This document shows positions 21,715 to 32,417 of a stretch of 64,000 bases of DNA, piece after piece (within the stretch, counting starts at the first letter, position 1; every line of letters begins with the position of its first letter). Origin of the DNA: an uncultured Acidobacteriota bacterium (GTDB taxonomy: Bacteria > Acidobacteriota > Blastocatellia > RBC074); the NCBI GenBank assembly GCA_963796275.1, contig CAWCKY010000003.1, positions 128,001-192,000 on the forward strand. Reading direction: 5' to 3'. The position numbers and the translations under genes are program-made. The notes beneath the pieces are model-generated. The model was not told the DNA's origin and made no database searches. It worked only from the letters and a program-made list of their open reading frames with translations.

Positions 21715-22102
21715 TTTATTTCAGCACTCCTTGCATTAGGTACACGTAGCTTTATGAAAAAATTGAGAATAAACAATCGTTTATAGGTATGTCAAGGATG
21801 CGAATTGCATCACCGAAAATCTAAACGAAATTGTGTCCCGAAAGGGATATCCTGAAGATGAGGTTAACGATGAAAGAGGGGCAATCTGTAATGGCAGCGA
21901 TGCAAGAAATGTATCGGTATACAGGTAAAAAATTGAAGCGCCAAATCCCGGGATTCATAAACGGAGATTGAGACGCACGGTCAGGTAATCCGAAATAACC
22001 CCGCGAAAATCCTCCACATCAGTGCAAATCATCAGGTTTTTCAGATTCCCGTAATAGGCGAGAGCTTGTGTATCCGGTCATATCTGAGCGGAAGCTTATC
22101 CA

Positions 22103-22987
22103 CTAATATTTTCTCTCAACAATAAACCGAGCAATCTCCTGTAACATTCTCGTATCGCGACCGATCGTGGTTACCGAAGAGATCGCCGCGCGGCTGAGCC
22201 GGTTGGCCATCTCGCTAGCACTGTCCATCCCATAGTACGCAGCGTAAGTCGCTTTTCTTTTCGCTATGTCTTTCCCCGGGGTCTTCCCCAACTCTTCACT
22301 GGTCGCAGTCTGATCGAGGATATCATCAGCGATTTGAAACGAAAGCCCCGCCTTCTCGCCGAATGCCGTCAAAGAGTTCAATTCATTATCACTGGCGGCG
22401 CCGATAATTGCGCCGATGCGGATCGCGCAGGTTATCAAAGCACCTGTTTTGGCCCGGTGGATAGCCTCAAGTTCTTCAGCCGTCAATTTCTTACCCTCGG
22501 AATGAATATCAAGAACCTGCCCGCCAATTAAGGCGCGCGTCGTCCCGGCAGCCTTTGCGACCTCAGAAATGACGCGTAATTTATTCTCAGCTCCAACGGA
22601 TCGATAGTCGGCCAGCGTGCGGAATGCCTGAGTCAGCAGAGCATCGCCCGCCAATATCGCCATTGCCTCTCCGTAGACTACATGATTGGTTGCCCGCCCG
22701 CGTCGCATATCGTCGTCATCCATCGCGGGGAGGTCGTCGTGAACCAGAGAGTAAGTATGAATCATCTCGATCGCACAGGCGGCAGGCAATAACTGGTCTT
22801 CCGAAGCACCGAAGATTTCACCAGTTGCGATAGTCAGGATCGGGCGCAATCGTTTACCGCCGGCGAAGATGCTGTAGCGCATAGCCTGATGAATCGTCGA
22901 GGGGCTCTCCGATTCTGCCGGCAGCAATCGATCGAGCCATGTATCGACCAGCGCCGATTTTCCCTTGAAGTATTCTTTTATATTCAC
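22103..22987 (-). CDS. ispA: Farnesyl/geranylgeranyl diphosphate synthase
   Basis: [38 protein letters not shown]; follows xseB. Confidence 0.93.
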   Translation of the reverse strand: MNIKEYFKGKSALVDTWLDRLLPAESESPSTIHQAMRYSIFAGGKRLRPILTIATGEIFGASEDQLLPAACAIEMIHTYSLVHDDLPAMDDDDMRRGRATNHVVYGEAMAILAGDALLTQAFRTLADYRSVGAENKLRVISEVAKAAGTTRALIGGQVLDIHSEGKKLTAEELEAIHRAKTGALITCAIRIGAIIGAASDNELNSLTAFGEKAGLSFQIADDILDQTATSEELGKTPGKDIAKRKATYAAYYGMDSASEMANRLSRAAISSVTTIGRDTRMLQEIARFIVERKY

Positions 22988-23000
22988 TTTCGCCTAATAC

Positions 23001-23335
23001 CTAAAAGGGGATTGAGTCATTAAGCTTCTCGTCATTCTCACCATTGCCACGAGATGTTGAATTCGGCTTATCAGGACCCTGTTGAGACGCCTGATCGAGT
23101 TGCGCCGCTTCGAATGGAATAGACTTTATCTCACCGCGTTCGCGGAGCAACAATTCAACCTTGCGTTCGGCCTCCTCCAATTGAGACTGGCATTGGCGAG
23201 CGAGCACGACGCCTTCCTCGAAAAGCGCGAGAGCGCGTTCGAGCGGCAGATCCCCGATTCAAGCTGACCGACGATCTTTTCGAGAGCCGATAGAGATTCT
23301 TCAAATCCTTGTTCTCTTTCCTTCGACTTTGGCAT
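23001..23335 (-). CDS. xseB: Exodeoxyribonuclease VII small subunit with an extended C-tail; split by an apparent 1-base deletion at 23252-23255
   Basis: FEESLSALEKIVGQLESG joins DLPLERALALFEEGVVLARQCQSQLEEAERKVE once one G is restored; lies between xseA and ispA. Confidence 0.92.
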
Positions 23336-23341
23336 TTCAAC

Positions 23342-24757
23342 CTATGATTTCAGTTCACGAAGCGTGCCCTGAAAATCCTCCTTTCGTTTAACTTGACAGG
23401 ATACACTGCCGTCTTCGAACCGGAGTATCAGATCCTGCCCTTCGCTGAGGGGAGCTGCGCGCGAGACCAGGCGCCCATCTTCATCTTTAACCAACACGTA
23501 ACCACGACCGAGTACAGCGAGCGGAGAGAGCATATCCAGCTTACCTGCTGCAACAACCAACCTATGCCGCTTGCGTTCGATCAATCTATGAATGGCGCGC
23601 TCGATTCGATCATCGGCAGACTTCAGTCGTGACGCTTTGCTGACTAAGGGCGCCCGGAAATTCGTCGCATCGAGTCTTCGCTGCAACCCGTCCAATCTCG
23701 ATCGTGCGGAGCGCAGATTCCCGAGGAGCGCATTGGCTATCTGAGACTCGACTGCTCGTATTCTGGCTGAGTGCGAGAGCACCGATCTGGCAGTCTCTGC
23801 AAACCCTCGGCTCTCGATCAAATCACGCAAGCTCGCCCGCCTGCGCAGGAGGTCATAAACTATCACGCGCCTGAGGGACGATTTCAATCCCTCAATTCTG
23901 GTATGGAGATCGCTCGATTCAGCGGCAACCATCTCAGCTGCTGCAGAAGGAGTCGGTGCCCGCATATCGGCTACAAAATCAGCGACGGTAAAGTCGGTCT
24001 CATGGCCGACGGCGGAAACAATCGGGATATCGGATTCGAAGATCGCACGCGCGACGTGCTCTTCGTTAAAAGCCCATAAATCTTCCGTCGACCCGCCTCC
24101 GCGGCCGACTATCAGGACATCGATCTCGTTCCCCCGATTCTTGGCGTATGTGTTGAGCAAACGAATCGCGTCGGCGATTTCGCGACCGGCGCTCGCTCCC
24201 TGAACGCGAGCCGGTGCGATGATCACATCGATGCCGCGGTTGCGCCGTTCGAGTATTTGCAGCATGTCCCGCAGCGCGGCGCCAACCGGCGAGGTGACAA
24301 TTCCGACTCTGCGTGGAAGCATCGGCAGTTTGCGCTTGCGGGAATCATCGAAGAGGCCCTCCGCCGCGAGACGTTTGACCTGTTGCTCGAATGCGAGCTG
24401 CAGAGCGCCAACGCCGACCGGCTCCATGGTCTCGACGATGATCTGATATTCACCGCGCGGCTCATAAACGCTCAATCGCCCGCGGATGCGGACTTCGAGC
24501 CCATTCTCCGGTTCAAAACGCATCAGCCGATTCCATTGCTTGAAATGCACGGCGCGGAGTTGTGATTCCGCATCTTTGAGCGAGAAATACCAGTGACCGG
24601 ATTGGTGGCGTTTATAGTTTGAAATCTCTCCCTGCACATGAAGAGTGAAAAACTCGACCTCCAGTATATCCTTAATTCGTTCATTCAATTCACTGACGGT
24701 CAGAATGTGGCGTTCAGCAAAGAGAGCTGCGAGTAATTTGGAACTAGACTCATTCAT
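23342..24757 (-). CDS. xseA: Exodeoxyribonuclease VII large subunit
   Basis: [50 protein letters not shown]. Confidence 0.97.
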   Translation of the reverse strand: MNESSSKLLAALFAERHILTVSELNERIKDILEVEFFTLHVQGEISNYKRHQSGHWYFSLKDAESQLRAVHFKQWNRLMRFEPENGLEVRIRGRLSVYEPRGEYQIIVETMEPVGVGALQLAFEQQVKRLAAEGLFDDSRKRKLPMLPRRVGIVTSPVGAALRDMLQILERRNRGIDVIIAPARVQGASAGREIADAIRLLNTYAKNRGNEIDVLIVGRGGGSTEDLWAFNEEHVARAIFESDIPIVSAVGHETDFTVADFVADMRAPTPSAAAEMVAAESSDLHTRIEGLKSSLRRVIVYDLLRRRASLRDLIESRGFAETARSVLSHSARIRAVESQIANALLGNLRSARSRLDGLQRRLDATNFRAPLVSKASRLKSADDRIERAIHRLIERKRHRLVVAAGKLDMLSPLAVLGRGYVLVKDEDGRLVSRAAPLSEGQDLILRFEDGSVSCQVKRKEDFQGTLRELKS

Positions 24758-24850
24758 AGCGGCATTCCGAGGAGGCGAATCTTAGCACCTGAAGATTCAA
24801 CCTCCAAATATTCTCTGGTATATTTACATGTGTACCAGAGGTTTCAATAC

Positions 24851-25618
24851 ATGCCATATTTATCAATAATCATTCCGGCATACAACGAAGAGAGGCGTAT
24901 CGTCAGGACTCTCTCCGAGACTTTCGCATATCTCGACGCTCAAAAATATGAAAGCGAAGTTATCGTAGTCAATGACGGTTCCACTGATCGTACGACTGAA
25001 AAAGCGCGCGGTTTTGCAAGTCACCGGTTACGTCTGATTGATAACCCGGGAAATCGTGGAAAAGGATATTCCGTCCGCAACGGGATGCTTAAAGCGAATG
25101 GTGAGATACTTCTCTTTTATGATGCCGATCTGGCGACGCCGACGAGTGAGATCATCAAAGTTATCAGCCCGATTGCAGAGGACAGGTATGATGTCGTTTT
25201 CGGCTCGCGGGCACTCGACCGAAATTTAATCGGTACACATCAATCTGCGCTGCGCGAGAAGATTGGACAGGCCGGCAACCTGATTCAATACTTGATCACT
25301 GGACTCACATTCAAAGATACGCAATGCGGCTTCAAAGCTTTTCGGAGTAAGGCGGCGCACTCAATTTTTCCGCTGCAGCGAGTAAACGGATTCGGTTTTG
25401 ACCCGGAGATTCTATTTATTGCGCAGAAGCAGGGGTGGCGATTACTGGAAACTCCCGTGCGCTGGAACCATGTTGAAGGCTCGAAACTCAATCCATTCAG
25501 CTCACCGATCAGAGCGTTATTCGAGGTAATGACTATCCGTATTAATGAGCTGACGGGGAAGTACGAAATGGCGCCGGCGCTCGGAGAGAGAGATTCAACA
25601 CAAAAATCGCGGATATAA
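24851..25618 (+). CDS. GT2, polyprenol-phosphate glycosyltransferase (Dol-P-Glc synthase-like)
   Basis: [34 protein letters not shown]. Confidence 0.88.
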   Translation: MPYLSIIIPAYNEERRIVRTLSETFAYLDAQKYESEVIVVNDGSTDRTTEKARGFASHRLRLIDNPGNRGKGYSVRNGMLKANGEILLFYDADLATPTSEIIKVISPIAEDRYDVVFGSRALDRNLIGTHQSALREKIGQAGNLIQYLITGLTFKDTQCGFKAFRSKAAHSIFPLQRVNGFGFDPEILFIAQKQGWRLLETPVRWNHVEGSKLNPFSSPIRALFEVMTIRINELTGKYEMAPALGERDSTQKSRI

Positions 25619-25622
25619 TGCA

Positions 25623-26378
25623 ATGAGTAGATTAAACGTCAACATCGACCATATCGCCACTATACGTCAGGCGCGGCGGACAAATGAACCGAACCCGGTA
25701 TCTGCCGCCGTGATCTGCGAACTCGCCGGCGCCGATGGTATCACTACTCATCTACGAAGCGACCGACGGCACATTCAAGATTACGATTTGATCGCGCTCA
25801 AACAAGTCGTGATCACCCATTTAAATGTTGAGATGGCCTCCACTGATGAGATGGTTGAAATCGCCCTGCGCGTAAAACCAGACGTGGTAACTCTCGTTCC
25901 CGAAAGACCGCAGGAGATCACGACCGAAGGAGGACTCGACGTCATTTCTCAGCAGAACGCGATCAAAAGTGCGATCGCCAGTCTGCGTGACGGTGGAATT
26001 TTTGTCAGTCTTTTCATCGATCCGGACCTCGACCAGATCAAAGCCGCATCGAACCTCGGCTCCTATCAGATTGAAATTTGCACCGCGCACTATGCCGATT
26101 TAAATGAAAATCCGGGCGACCCCACGGTCCGCCGTAAGAAAGAGATCGAAACGGAGGTCGAAAGGATTCAAATCGCGGCCCACGCAGCCGTTCGAGAAGG
26201 GCTTAAAGTGGCCGTCGGCCATGGACTGACTTATCGCAACGTCGGATCGATCGCCCGCATCCCAGAAGTTGAGGAATTCAACATCGGGCATAACATCATC
26301 GCGCGAGCGGCGCTGGTCGGCCTCGATCGCGCAGTCCGTGAAATGATTGCGGCAATTCGAAGTGCGGAAAATGGATGA
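25623..26378 (+). CDS. pdxJ: Pyridoxine 5'-phosphate synthase
   Basis: [39 protein letters not shown]. Confidence 0.97.
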   Translation: MSRLNVNIDHIATIRQARRTNEPNPVSAAVICELAGADGITTHLRSDRRHIQDYDLIALKQVVITHLNVEMASTDEMVEIALRVKPDVVTLVPERPQEITTEGGLDVISQQNAIKSAIASLRDGGIFVSLFIDPDLDQIKAASNLGSYQIEICTAHYADLNENPGDPTVRRKKEIETEVERIQIAAHAAVREGLKVAVGHGLTYRNVGSIARIPEVEEFNIGHNIIARAALVGLDRAVREMIAAIRSAENG

Positions 26379-26387
26379 GAACAGAAG

Positions 26388-27953
26388 ATGAAGAATAAAA
26401 GGACGCAAAGACAGTGCACTACGAGGAGCGCAAACGACTTTTATCGAAGCTTAGTGGTTTTTCTCCAGGGCAACTGCCGCGCCTCTGCATCATTCAAGCC
26501 TCGTCTAGCCCTTTTCGTCAGCTGCGTAATTATCGCCTTTTTCGCAATTTTTCACGTTTCGTCAGCGCAAGATCAAACTGGATGGTCGCAAAAAAGTGAG
26601 GGTGAGAATAAGGCCCGGTATGAGAAGATCAGCTCACATATCATCATCGTCTCAATCAGCGGATTGAAAGCCGACGATCTCAATCAAACCGAAACAGGCA
26701 ATATAAAAATCCCGATTATTCAATCGCTGCGCGCAAAAGGTGCTTATGCGGTTGCCGCTGAGAGTGTCTATCCTTCGCTGAGCAATCCCGCACATGTATC
26801 TATCGCAACCGGGGTCTTCCCGGCGGACCATGGGGTTTACTCCGACTTCCCTTTCAATAATCTATCAGGAGCGCGGGCGGAAGAGCCATATAGGTTAGCG
26901 AAAGAAATCAAGACCGACACCTTATGGGATGCGGCCAAACGTGGCGGATTCGTAACCGCGGCCGTGGGGTATCCTTTAACCGCAGGGGCGGCGATCGATT
27001 TCAACCTTCCAGTTGCAAACGATGAAGATTATCTTTCAGATGCCGAGGCCGGCATCGATCAATCGCTCACCAAGGAACTGATCAATCCGCCTGACCTGCT
27101 TGATAAGCTGAAGGCAAAGATAACAAGCATCTCTCTACCAACCGATAAGAAACTGAAGGAGACCGCCGGCAACCAGCTGTTGGATCAATTCAAAGCCGCT
27201 GCCGCTGCTTTCATAATCGAAAACCATCGCCCCAATCTCCTATTAGTGAATCTCGATTCCTATGCGAAGGCGGTTCGGAAATTCGGCGTACAATCCAAGG
27301 AAGCAATAATCGGGCTAGCATTCGTTGACGAGCTGCTCAAGCAAATAATCGAGCCCGCTGAAAAATTATCGAGCGGTGCCACGATCTTCATCGTTTCCGA
27401 TTTTGGGTTAATGAGTGTTGAAAAAAAATTCAATCCCAATGTCGTGCTCGCCAAGAAAGGATGGTTGCTGACGGGCGGAAAGGGACGGATCACCTCATGG
27501 CGGGCTGTTGCGCAAACTTTCGGCGGTTCAGCGGCAATTTTCCTAAGAGATACTCAGGACAAAAAGGCGATCGCCGAGGTCCGGGAGGTATTTGATGAGA
27601 TTCACAAGAAACCGGATAGCCCGATCTGGCAGATAGTCACAAGTCAGGAAGCTGCCAAGCTAGGAGCTGATCCGCGGGCGGTATTTTATCTGGATGCCGC
27701 TCCGTCTTATACAATGTCATCGCGTACGACCGGATCATCGATCTCTCATATTTCAGATAAGGCAGAACACGGTTACCTGCCATCCCGCTCAGATATGCTC
27801 GCCGCTTTGATCGTCTATGGCAAAGGAATAAAGCCGGGCTCGAAAATAGAATACGGCAGGTTGATCGATATAGCACCGACCGCCGCGAGATTGCTGGGTC
27901 TAGAGATGCGAACTGCACGAGGCAGAGTTTACTCCGAGGTAATCACCGAATGA
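26388..27953 (+). CDS. Alkaline phosphatase superfamily / nucleotide pyrophosphatase-phosphodiesterase-like protein, with degenerate metal ligands
   Basis: PSLSNPAHVSIATG...HG, IVSDFG, HGY, IDIAPT; hydrophobic signal or anchor near the N-terminus; start uncertain. Confidence 0.8.
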   Translation: MKNKRTQRQCTTRSANDFYRSLVVFLQGNCRASASFKPRLALFVSCVIIAFFAIFHVSSAQDQTGWSQKSEGENKARYEKISSHIIIVSISGLKADDLNQTETGNIKIPIIQSLRAKGAYAVAAESVYPSLSNPAHVSIATGVFPADHGVYSDFPFNNLSGARAEEPYRLAKEIKTDTLWDAAKRGGFVTAAVGYPLTAGAAIDFNLPVANDEDYLSDAEAGIDQSLTKELINPPDLLDKLKAKITSISLPTDKKLKETAGNQLLDQFKAAAAAFIIENHRPNLLLVNLDSYAKAVRKFGVQSKEAIIGLAFVDELLKQIIEPAEKLSSGATIFIVSDFGLMSVEKKFNPNVVLAKKGWLLTGGKGRITSWRAVAQTFGGSAAIFLRDTQDKKAIAEVREVFDEIHKKPDSPIWQIVTSQEAAKLGADPRAVFYLDAAPSYTMSSRTTGSSISHISDKAEHGYLPSRSDMLAALIVYGKGIKPGSKIEYGRLIDIAPTAARLLGLEMRTARGRVYSEVITE

Positions 27954-28735
27954 ACTGGAGCAATGATATCGCCTATCGCGATGAGGGTTCAGGAAAACCG
28001 ATCGTCTTCTTGCATGCCTTTCCTCTCAACCAGACGATGTGGGATGAGCAGGTAGCTGAATTTGCATCGACCAATCGAGTAGTTACATTTGACTGGCGCG
28101 GTTTCGGTGAGAGCACCCTGGGGAGTGGTATTTCATCATTGGAAGATTATGCCGACGATCTAGCCGGGCTTTTGAATCGATTGTCAATCGACCGGGCGAT
28201 TATCTGCGGCTTATCGATGGGAGGTTATGCATCGTTCGCCTTTCGACGCAAATATCCGGATAGAATTTCGGCATTGATCTTGGCGGATACGCGTGCCACG
28301 CCTGATAACGAGGAAGGGAAGCAAGCGAGACATGAGATGGCTGACCTCGCGCGCAAAAAAGGCGCCTCGGCATTGGTAGATAAGATGTTGCCGCGATTGC
28401 TGGGAGAGACGAGTCAGCGGAATAAGCCGGCTTTAGTTAAACGAGTTAAGATGATGATCGAATCCGGCGAGCCGGAAGGTATCGCTCAGGCTTTGCTGGC
28501 AATGGCAGGCCGTCCTGATTGCACGGCACTGCTGCCGCAAATCGACTGTCCGGCTTTGATCATTGTAGGGAATGAAGATAAGCTTACGCCACCAACCGAG
28601 TCGGAGAAAATAAATCAGGCAATTCCAGGCTCGACTCTTGCAATTATTGACGAAGCGGGTCATCTGCCGAATATCGAGCAACCGGCGTCATTTAATTTTG
28701 CGATCTCACGGTTTTTGAGTTGGATAAAGCAGTAA
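27950..28735 (+). CDS. Alpha/beta fold hydrolase
   Basis: LHAFP, DWRGFG, nucleophile elbow GLSMGG, GNED, AGHL. Confidence 0.9.
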   Translation: MNWSNDIAYRDEGSGKPIVFLHAFPLNQTMWDEQVAEFASTNRVVTFDWRGFGESTLGSGISSLEDYADDLAGLLNRLSIDRAIICGLSMGGYASFAFRRKYPDRISALILADTRATPDNEEGKQARHEMADLARKKGASALVDKMLPRLLGETSQRNKPALVKRVKMMIESGEPEGIAQALLAMAGRPDCTALLPQIDCPALIIVGNEDKLTPPTESEKINQAIPGSTLAIIDEAGHLPNIEQPASFNFAISRFLSWIKQ

Positions 28736-28753
28736 GAGGAGTTCCTCACGTAA

Positions 28754-29470
28754 ATGTATTGCCATCGCTGTGGAAACCAATTGCCTGACGCAAGTATGTT
28801 CTGCAATCGCTGCGGAGCGAGAATGCGGTCGACCGATGAAAAGGTTCGGCATCCTGGCACGATAATCCCGCCGCCACGTCCGGCTCGACGATATCCGATG
28901 ATGGATACCCAGCAACCCACAACGCCGGAAGATGAAGACTTAGAATTATACTACGACTATGAGGGGGTCGATCAGGACGATGAACCTCAGGAAGACCCGC
29001 AACCGGAAGAGCGACCGAAAAAAAGATCAAAGAAACCGAGTGAAAAAGTTATCTTCCGCATCAATCAGGCGTTCTATCCAGCCGCCGTGGCATACGTCAT
29101 CGCTTCATTATGTACAATTGCGATTGCCTATCTGGTCTATTATCTAAACGCGCCATTTTTGGTTGCTCTGGTAGGCGCCGCAATTTGCTTCATACCGGCC
29201 ATAATCCGGCACATCCAATTGATGAATACGATCTACATCCTGACAAATACGAAGATCGAGATCGAAAGAGGGGTCTTCTCAAAATCGAGCCGTAATATCC
29301 CATTACGCCACGTGATGGATGTGCTCGTCAGCGAAACCTTCAAGGAGCGACTGATAGGCATTGGAGATATCCTCATTGACACCGCATCTTCGGAAAGTAA
29401 AATGAAGCTTGATAATATAAATGAACCGCGTAAATACGCGGATATGATTTTGGATCAGCTACATCAATAG
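28754..29470 (+). CDS. Zinc-ribbon + bacterial PH (bPH_2/YdbS-like) membrane protein
   Basis: MYCHRCG...FCNRCG, acidic linker, 2 TM helices, YILTNTKIEIERGVF...RLIGIGDI. Confidence 0.8.
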   Translation: MYCHRCGNQLPDASMFCNRCGARMRSTDEKVRHPGTIIPPPRPARRYPMMDTQQPTTPEDEDLELYYDYEGVDQDDEPQEDPQPEERPKKRSKKPSEKVIFRINQAFYPAAVAYVIASLCTIAIAYLVYYLNAPFLVALVGAAICFIPAIIRHIQLMNTIYILTNTKIEIERGVFSKSSRNIPLRHVMDVLVSETFKERLIGIGDILIDTASSESKMKLDNINEPRKYADMILDQLHQ

Positions 29471-29542
29471 CTTACAGATCAATGCCAGCGTAAATATATT
29501 TGCCTCTGAAATCTAGCGGTTGAAATTCCGAGGAGGAATGCG

Positions 29543-30763
29543 TTGAAGAAACAAAGTATCAAGAATCAGATTAGTAAACTTACTTCAATCTCATTGGCGA
29601 TTTTTTACAGTGCGATTTTAATGCCAATCCCCCCTCAGGTCATCGCTCAGAGCCGGGAGGTCCAGAGCAAGCAGTCTCAGCGTGAACTCGCTAATGCGTT
29701 ACTTCCGGATTCACCGGGTGGGGAATGGCGAGCTGTAGGTCGGACACGTACATTAAAATCAGAAGAATGGGATATTCTGCCAGATGCCGCGATATACACT
29801 GAATATGGTTTGGAAAGGATATACAGCAGGGTCTATAGCAAGGGCAATGTTAAGGCGACCGTCGAAATTTTCGAAATGCGCTATCCTTCCGGAGCTTTTG
29901 GTCTATTCACATTCAACCGCGGTTCTCTTTCGGCGAATCGACGAGAAGTTTATTCCGGTAGTCATCTAATCAGTATAGAAGGCGGTGTAAACGATCAGAG
30001 TCTGGATTCTTCGCTGATTGAGACGCTAAGAAGGAATATCCCAAACCAATCCGGGAACCTTCCTCTGCTTCCATCTCACCTTCCCGAACAAAATAAAATC
30101 GCCGGAAGCGAGAAGTATCTCGTGGGACCGGCTGCTCTTGCTCAGCTGGCGAGTTTCAGCACTTTGAAAGATGTCATTAAATTTGATGGTGGGGTCGAAA
30201 TAGCAATCGCTGATTATAAAAATGGAGATGGCGCTATGAGCCTGATGATAATCGAATTCCATACTCCACAAATGGCCTCCGATGGGCACAAGAGCGCAAC
30301 TAAATATATTGATTCCTTGAGCCAGAATGATAAGGGTAACCGCATCCTCAAAAAAGTCGGTAATTATTTAGTTCATGCGATAAACGTGAGGAATGCAGAC
30401 GAAGCGGGGAGTCTCATAGGTCAGATCAAGTACGATTATAAGGTCTATTGGGAGGGGAAAAAATTAAGTGATATCCCGCTCGAATTTCGCCCACCCGATC
30501 CGGTGGCGATCGAAGAGGCCAACCGAACACTAATGATTATGGTCAGGTCTTTCTATTGGGTCGGCGCTTTGTTGACCGGTTCGATTCTGCTCGGTCTCAT
30601 AGCGGGTGGCACCTTCTTTTATTGGCGACGCTATCGCAGACGTAAACTCGGCCTTGACGATCTATTCAGCGATGCCGGCGGCGCCGTTCGGTTGAATTTG
30701 GACGATTATTTACTTCAGTCGGGACAATCTGCTATTAAACAGCTGGGCGACGGAAATAAGTAA
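29543..30763 (+). CDS. Exported/membrane-anchored protein, DUF6599-like
   Basis: Signal peptide, EYG...AFGLFT, LPSHLP...KYLVGP, C-terminal TM followed by a basic stop-transfer; GAGGAGG RBS with TTG start. Confidence 0.65.
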   Translation: MKKQSIKNQISKLTSISLAIFYSAILMPIPPQVIAQSREVQSKQSQRELANALLPDSPGGEWRAVGRTRTLKSEEWDILPDAAIYTEYGLERIYSRVYSKGNVKATVEIFEMRYPSGAFGLFTFNRGSLSANRREVYSGSHLISIEGGVNDQSLDSSLIETLRRNIPNQSGNLPLLPSHLPEQNKIAGSEKYLVGPAALAQLASFSTLKDVIKFDGGVEIAIADYKNGDGAMSLMIIEFHTPQMASDGHKSATKYIDSLSQNDKGNRILKKVGNYLVHAINVRNADEAGSLIGQIKYDYKVYWEGKKLSDIPLEFRPPDPVAIEEANRTLMIMVRSFYWVGALLTGSILLGLIAGGTFFYWRRYRRRKLGLDDLFSDAGGAVRLNLDDYLLQSGQSAIKQLGDGNK

Positions 30764-30831
30764 AACATTTCCATTAAAGAGATTTTTGCGGAATAGGGAT
30801 TTGTGTAGGTGGAATCTGTATTGGCTTGTAT

Positions 30832-30910
30832 AAAAAAATTTGGCGGCCATAGCTAAGAACCCACCCCAGACTCACTATGACCGCCACTATCAGGAGGTTC
30901 ACCCGTATTC
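30832..30910 (-). ncRNA. Candidate small RNA / dnaN terminator hairpin
   Basis: Stem TGGCGGTCATAG/CTATGGCCGCCA followed by AATTTTTTT on the minus strand, preceded by GGAAC-N16-CGTT (30940-30916). Confidence 0.45.
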
Positions 30911-30986
30911 ACATTAACGTATCAGCCTTTTAATTGTTCCATAAACATCTCGATTAATTACAATTAAAAAAATATCCGTAATTTTC

Positions 30987-32105
30987 TTATAATCTCATTG
31001 GCATGATGATATAACGGAAGTCGTAATCGGCCTCACCCTGTTCCTTAAGTTGAGCGCGGGAATTTCCGTCTTTAAATTCAAAAGTGACTTCGTCGCTCTG
31101 GGTCACGCCAAAAAAATCCAACAGATATTGAGCATTAAATCCTGTCGTGATTTCCGGACCTGCATAGTGGACAGGTAAAACTTCGCCGGCTTCACCTACT
31201 TCCGCCGCCTGGGAGGTGATATTCACCTGCCCATCTCCCAATTCGAATTTAATGGCGTGTGACCGTTCATCTGCCATCAATGCAACTCTCCGTATGGCTG
31301 AAGAGATTCGCTCGCGCTCAATCACAAATGTATTGTTATTTTCTTTGGTCAATACCATTTCATAGTTGGGAAACTGTCCGCTTAACGTACGAGAAATAAG
31401 AAGCCTTTTCCCGACTTTAAAAAAGAGATGATTGTCGTCATAGCTGAACTCTACCGGATCATCGGTTTCCGCGCACAATCTCGCCAATTCCGAGAGAGTC
31501 TTCTTGGGAATCAGAACATCGATCTTGGCGTTTCCAGATTCACCCGATTCACTTAATTTGTGCGATTTTTCGATATAAGAGAGGCGATGCCCATCGGTTG
31601 CAACCATCCTGATATTATTTCCTGAGAATTCGAATTTGGCGCCATTCAATGCATATCGGGATTCCTCGTTTGTGATTGCAAAAAGAGTTTTGCTGATAAA
31701 AGTTTTTAAAAGTTCGGAGGGGATCGATGCGTTTAACCCTTTAAATTCCTTGATCTCGGGGAAATTATCTTTGGCAAGCCCCAGCATCTTGAACCTCGAT
31801 CGCTCGCAGATGATGCTGACCTGTTCATTTTCTCCTCGCTTAATCTCTATCTCAGCATCCGGCAAGGCACGTACGATTTCAAATAGCTTTTTCGCCTGGA
31901 TACAGTTTGTCCCTTCCTTGATCACTTCGGCTTCGCACCAGGTAGTTATAGACACATCCAGATCCGTTCCCTTGATACTCAATCCGCCGTCTTTAGCTTC
32001 GATTAGCAGGTTTGACAGGATCGGAATCGTGCTCTTTTTTTCAACGACACCCTGAATAAGGTTAAGTTCCTTAAACAATAAAGACTTGGTAACTCTGAGA
32101 TGCAT
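30987..32105 (-). CDS. dnaN: DNA polymerase III beta sliding clamp
   Basis: [39 protein letters not shown]. Confidence 0.98.
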   Translation of the reverse strand: MHLRVTKSLLFKELNLIQGVVEKKSTIPILSNLLIEAKDGGLSIKGTDLDVSITTWCEAEVIKEGTNCIQAKKLFEIVRALPDAEIEIKRGENEQVSIICERSRFKMLGLAKDNFPEIKEFKGLNASIPSELLKTFISKTLFAITNEESRYALNGAKFEFSGNNIRMVATDGHRLSYIEKSHKLSESGESGNAKIDVLIPKKTLSELARLCAETDDPVEFSYDDNHLFFKVGKRLLISRTLSGQFPNYEMVLTKENNNTFVIERERISSAIRRVALMADERSHAIKFELGDGQVNITSQAAEVGEAGEVLPVHYAGPEITTGFNAQYLLDFFGVTQSDEVTFEFKDGNSRAQLKEQGEADYDFRYIIMPMRL

Positions 32106-32417
32106 CTTCTCCTCCGACCTGGACTCATTTTACTACTAATACTAAGAATATCTTGTTTATAAATCATAGTAGTAGTAATAGGAGTTGTGGGAAAGTTGAA
32201 AAACAATCGGTATTTATTGATATATCAGTAATTAACAGTGTGAAACCTCTGTGGAAAATACTGTGAATATCGCATTTTTAGGGGCAGAATTTGTGGAAAA
32301 AATCATTTCGATTAGGCTTTTCCACAGTATCCACAGCGGAGATTGAATGTATCTGTGGAAAAAAAGGATAAACCTATTTGCAACTATCAATTAGACTGTT
32401 GATAAGTCTGTGGAAAT
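32106..32417. other. Replication origin oriC (dnaA-dnaN intergenic) with DnaA boxes, DnaA-trios and an AT-rich DUE
   Basis: Box-like 9-mers TGTGGGAAA 32186, TGTGGAAAA 32250/32292/32354, TGTGAATAT 32262, TTTTCCACA 32318, GTATCCACA 32327, TGTTGATAA 32397. TAG trio array at 32167-32181 next to the AT-rich tract 32145-32166. Confidence 0.88.

Noticed and set aside
21577-21786. 69-aa plus-strand ORF
   Set aside because: It is the antisense of rpmH, which is the real gene here.
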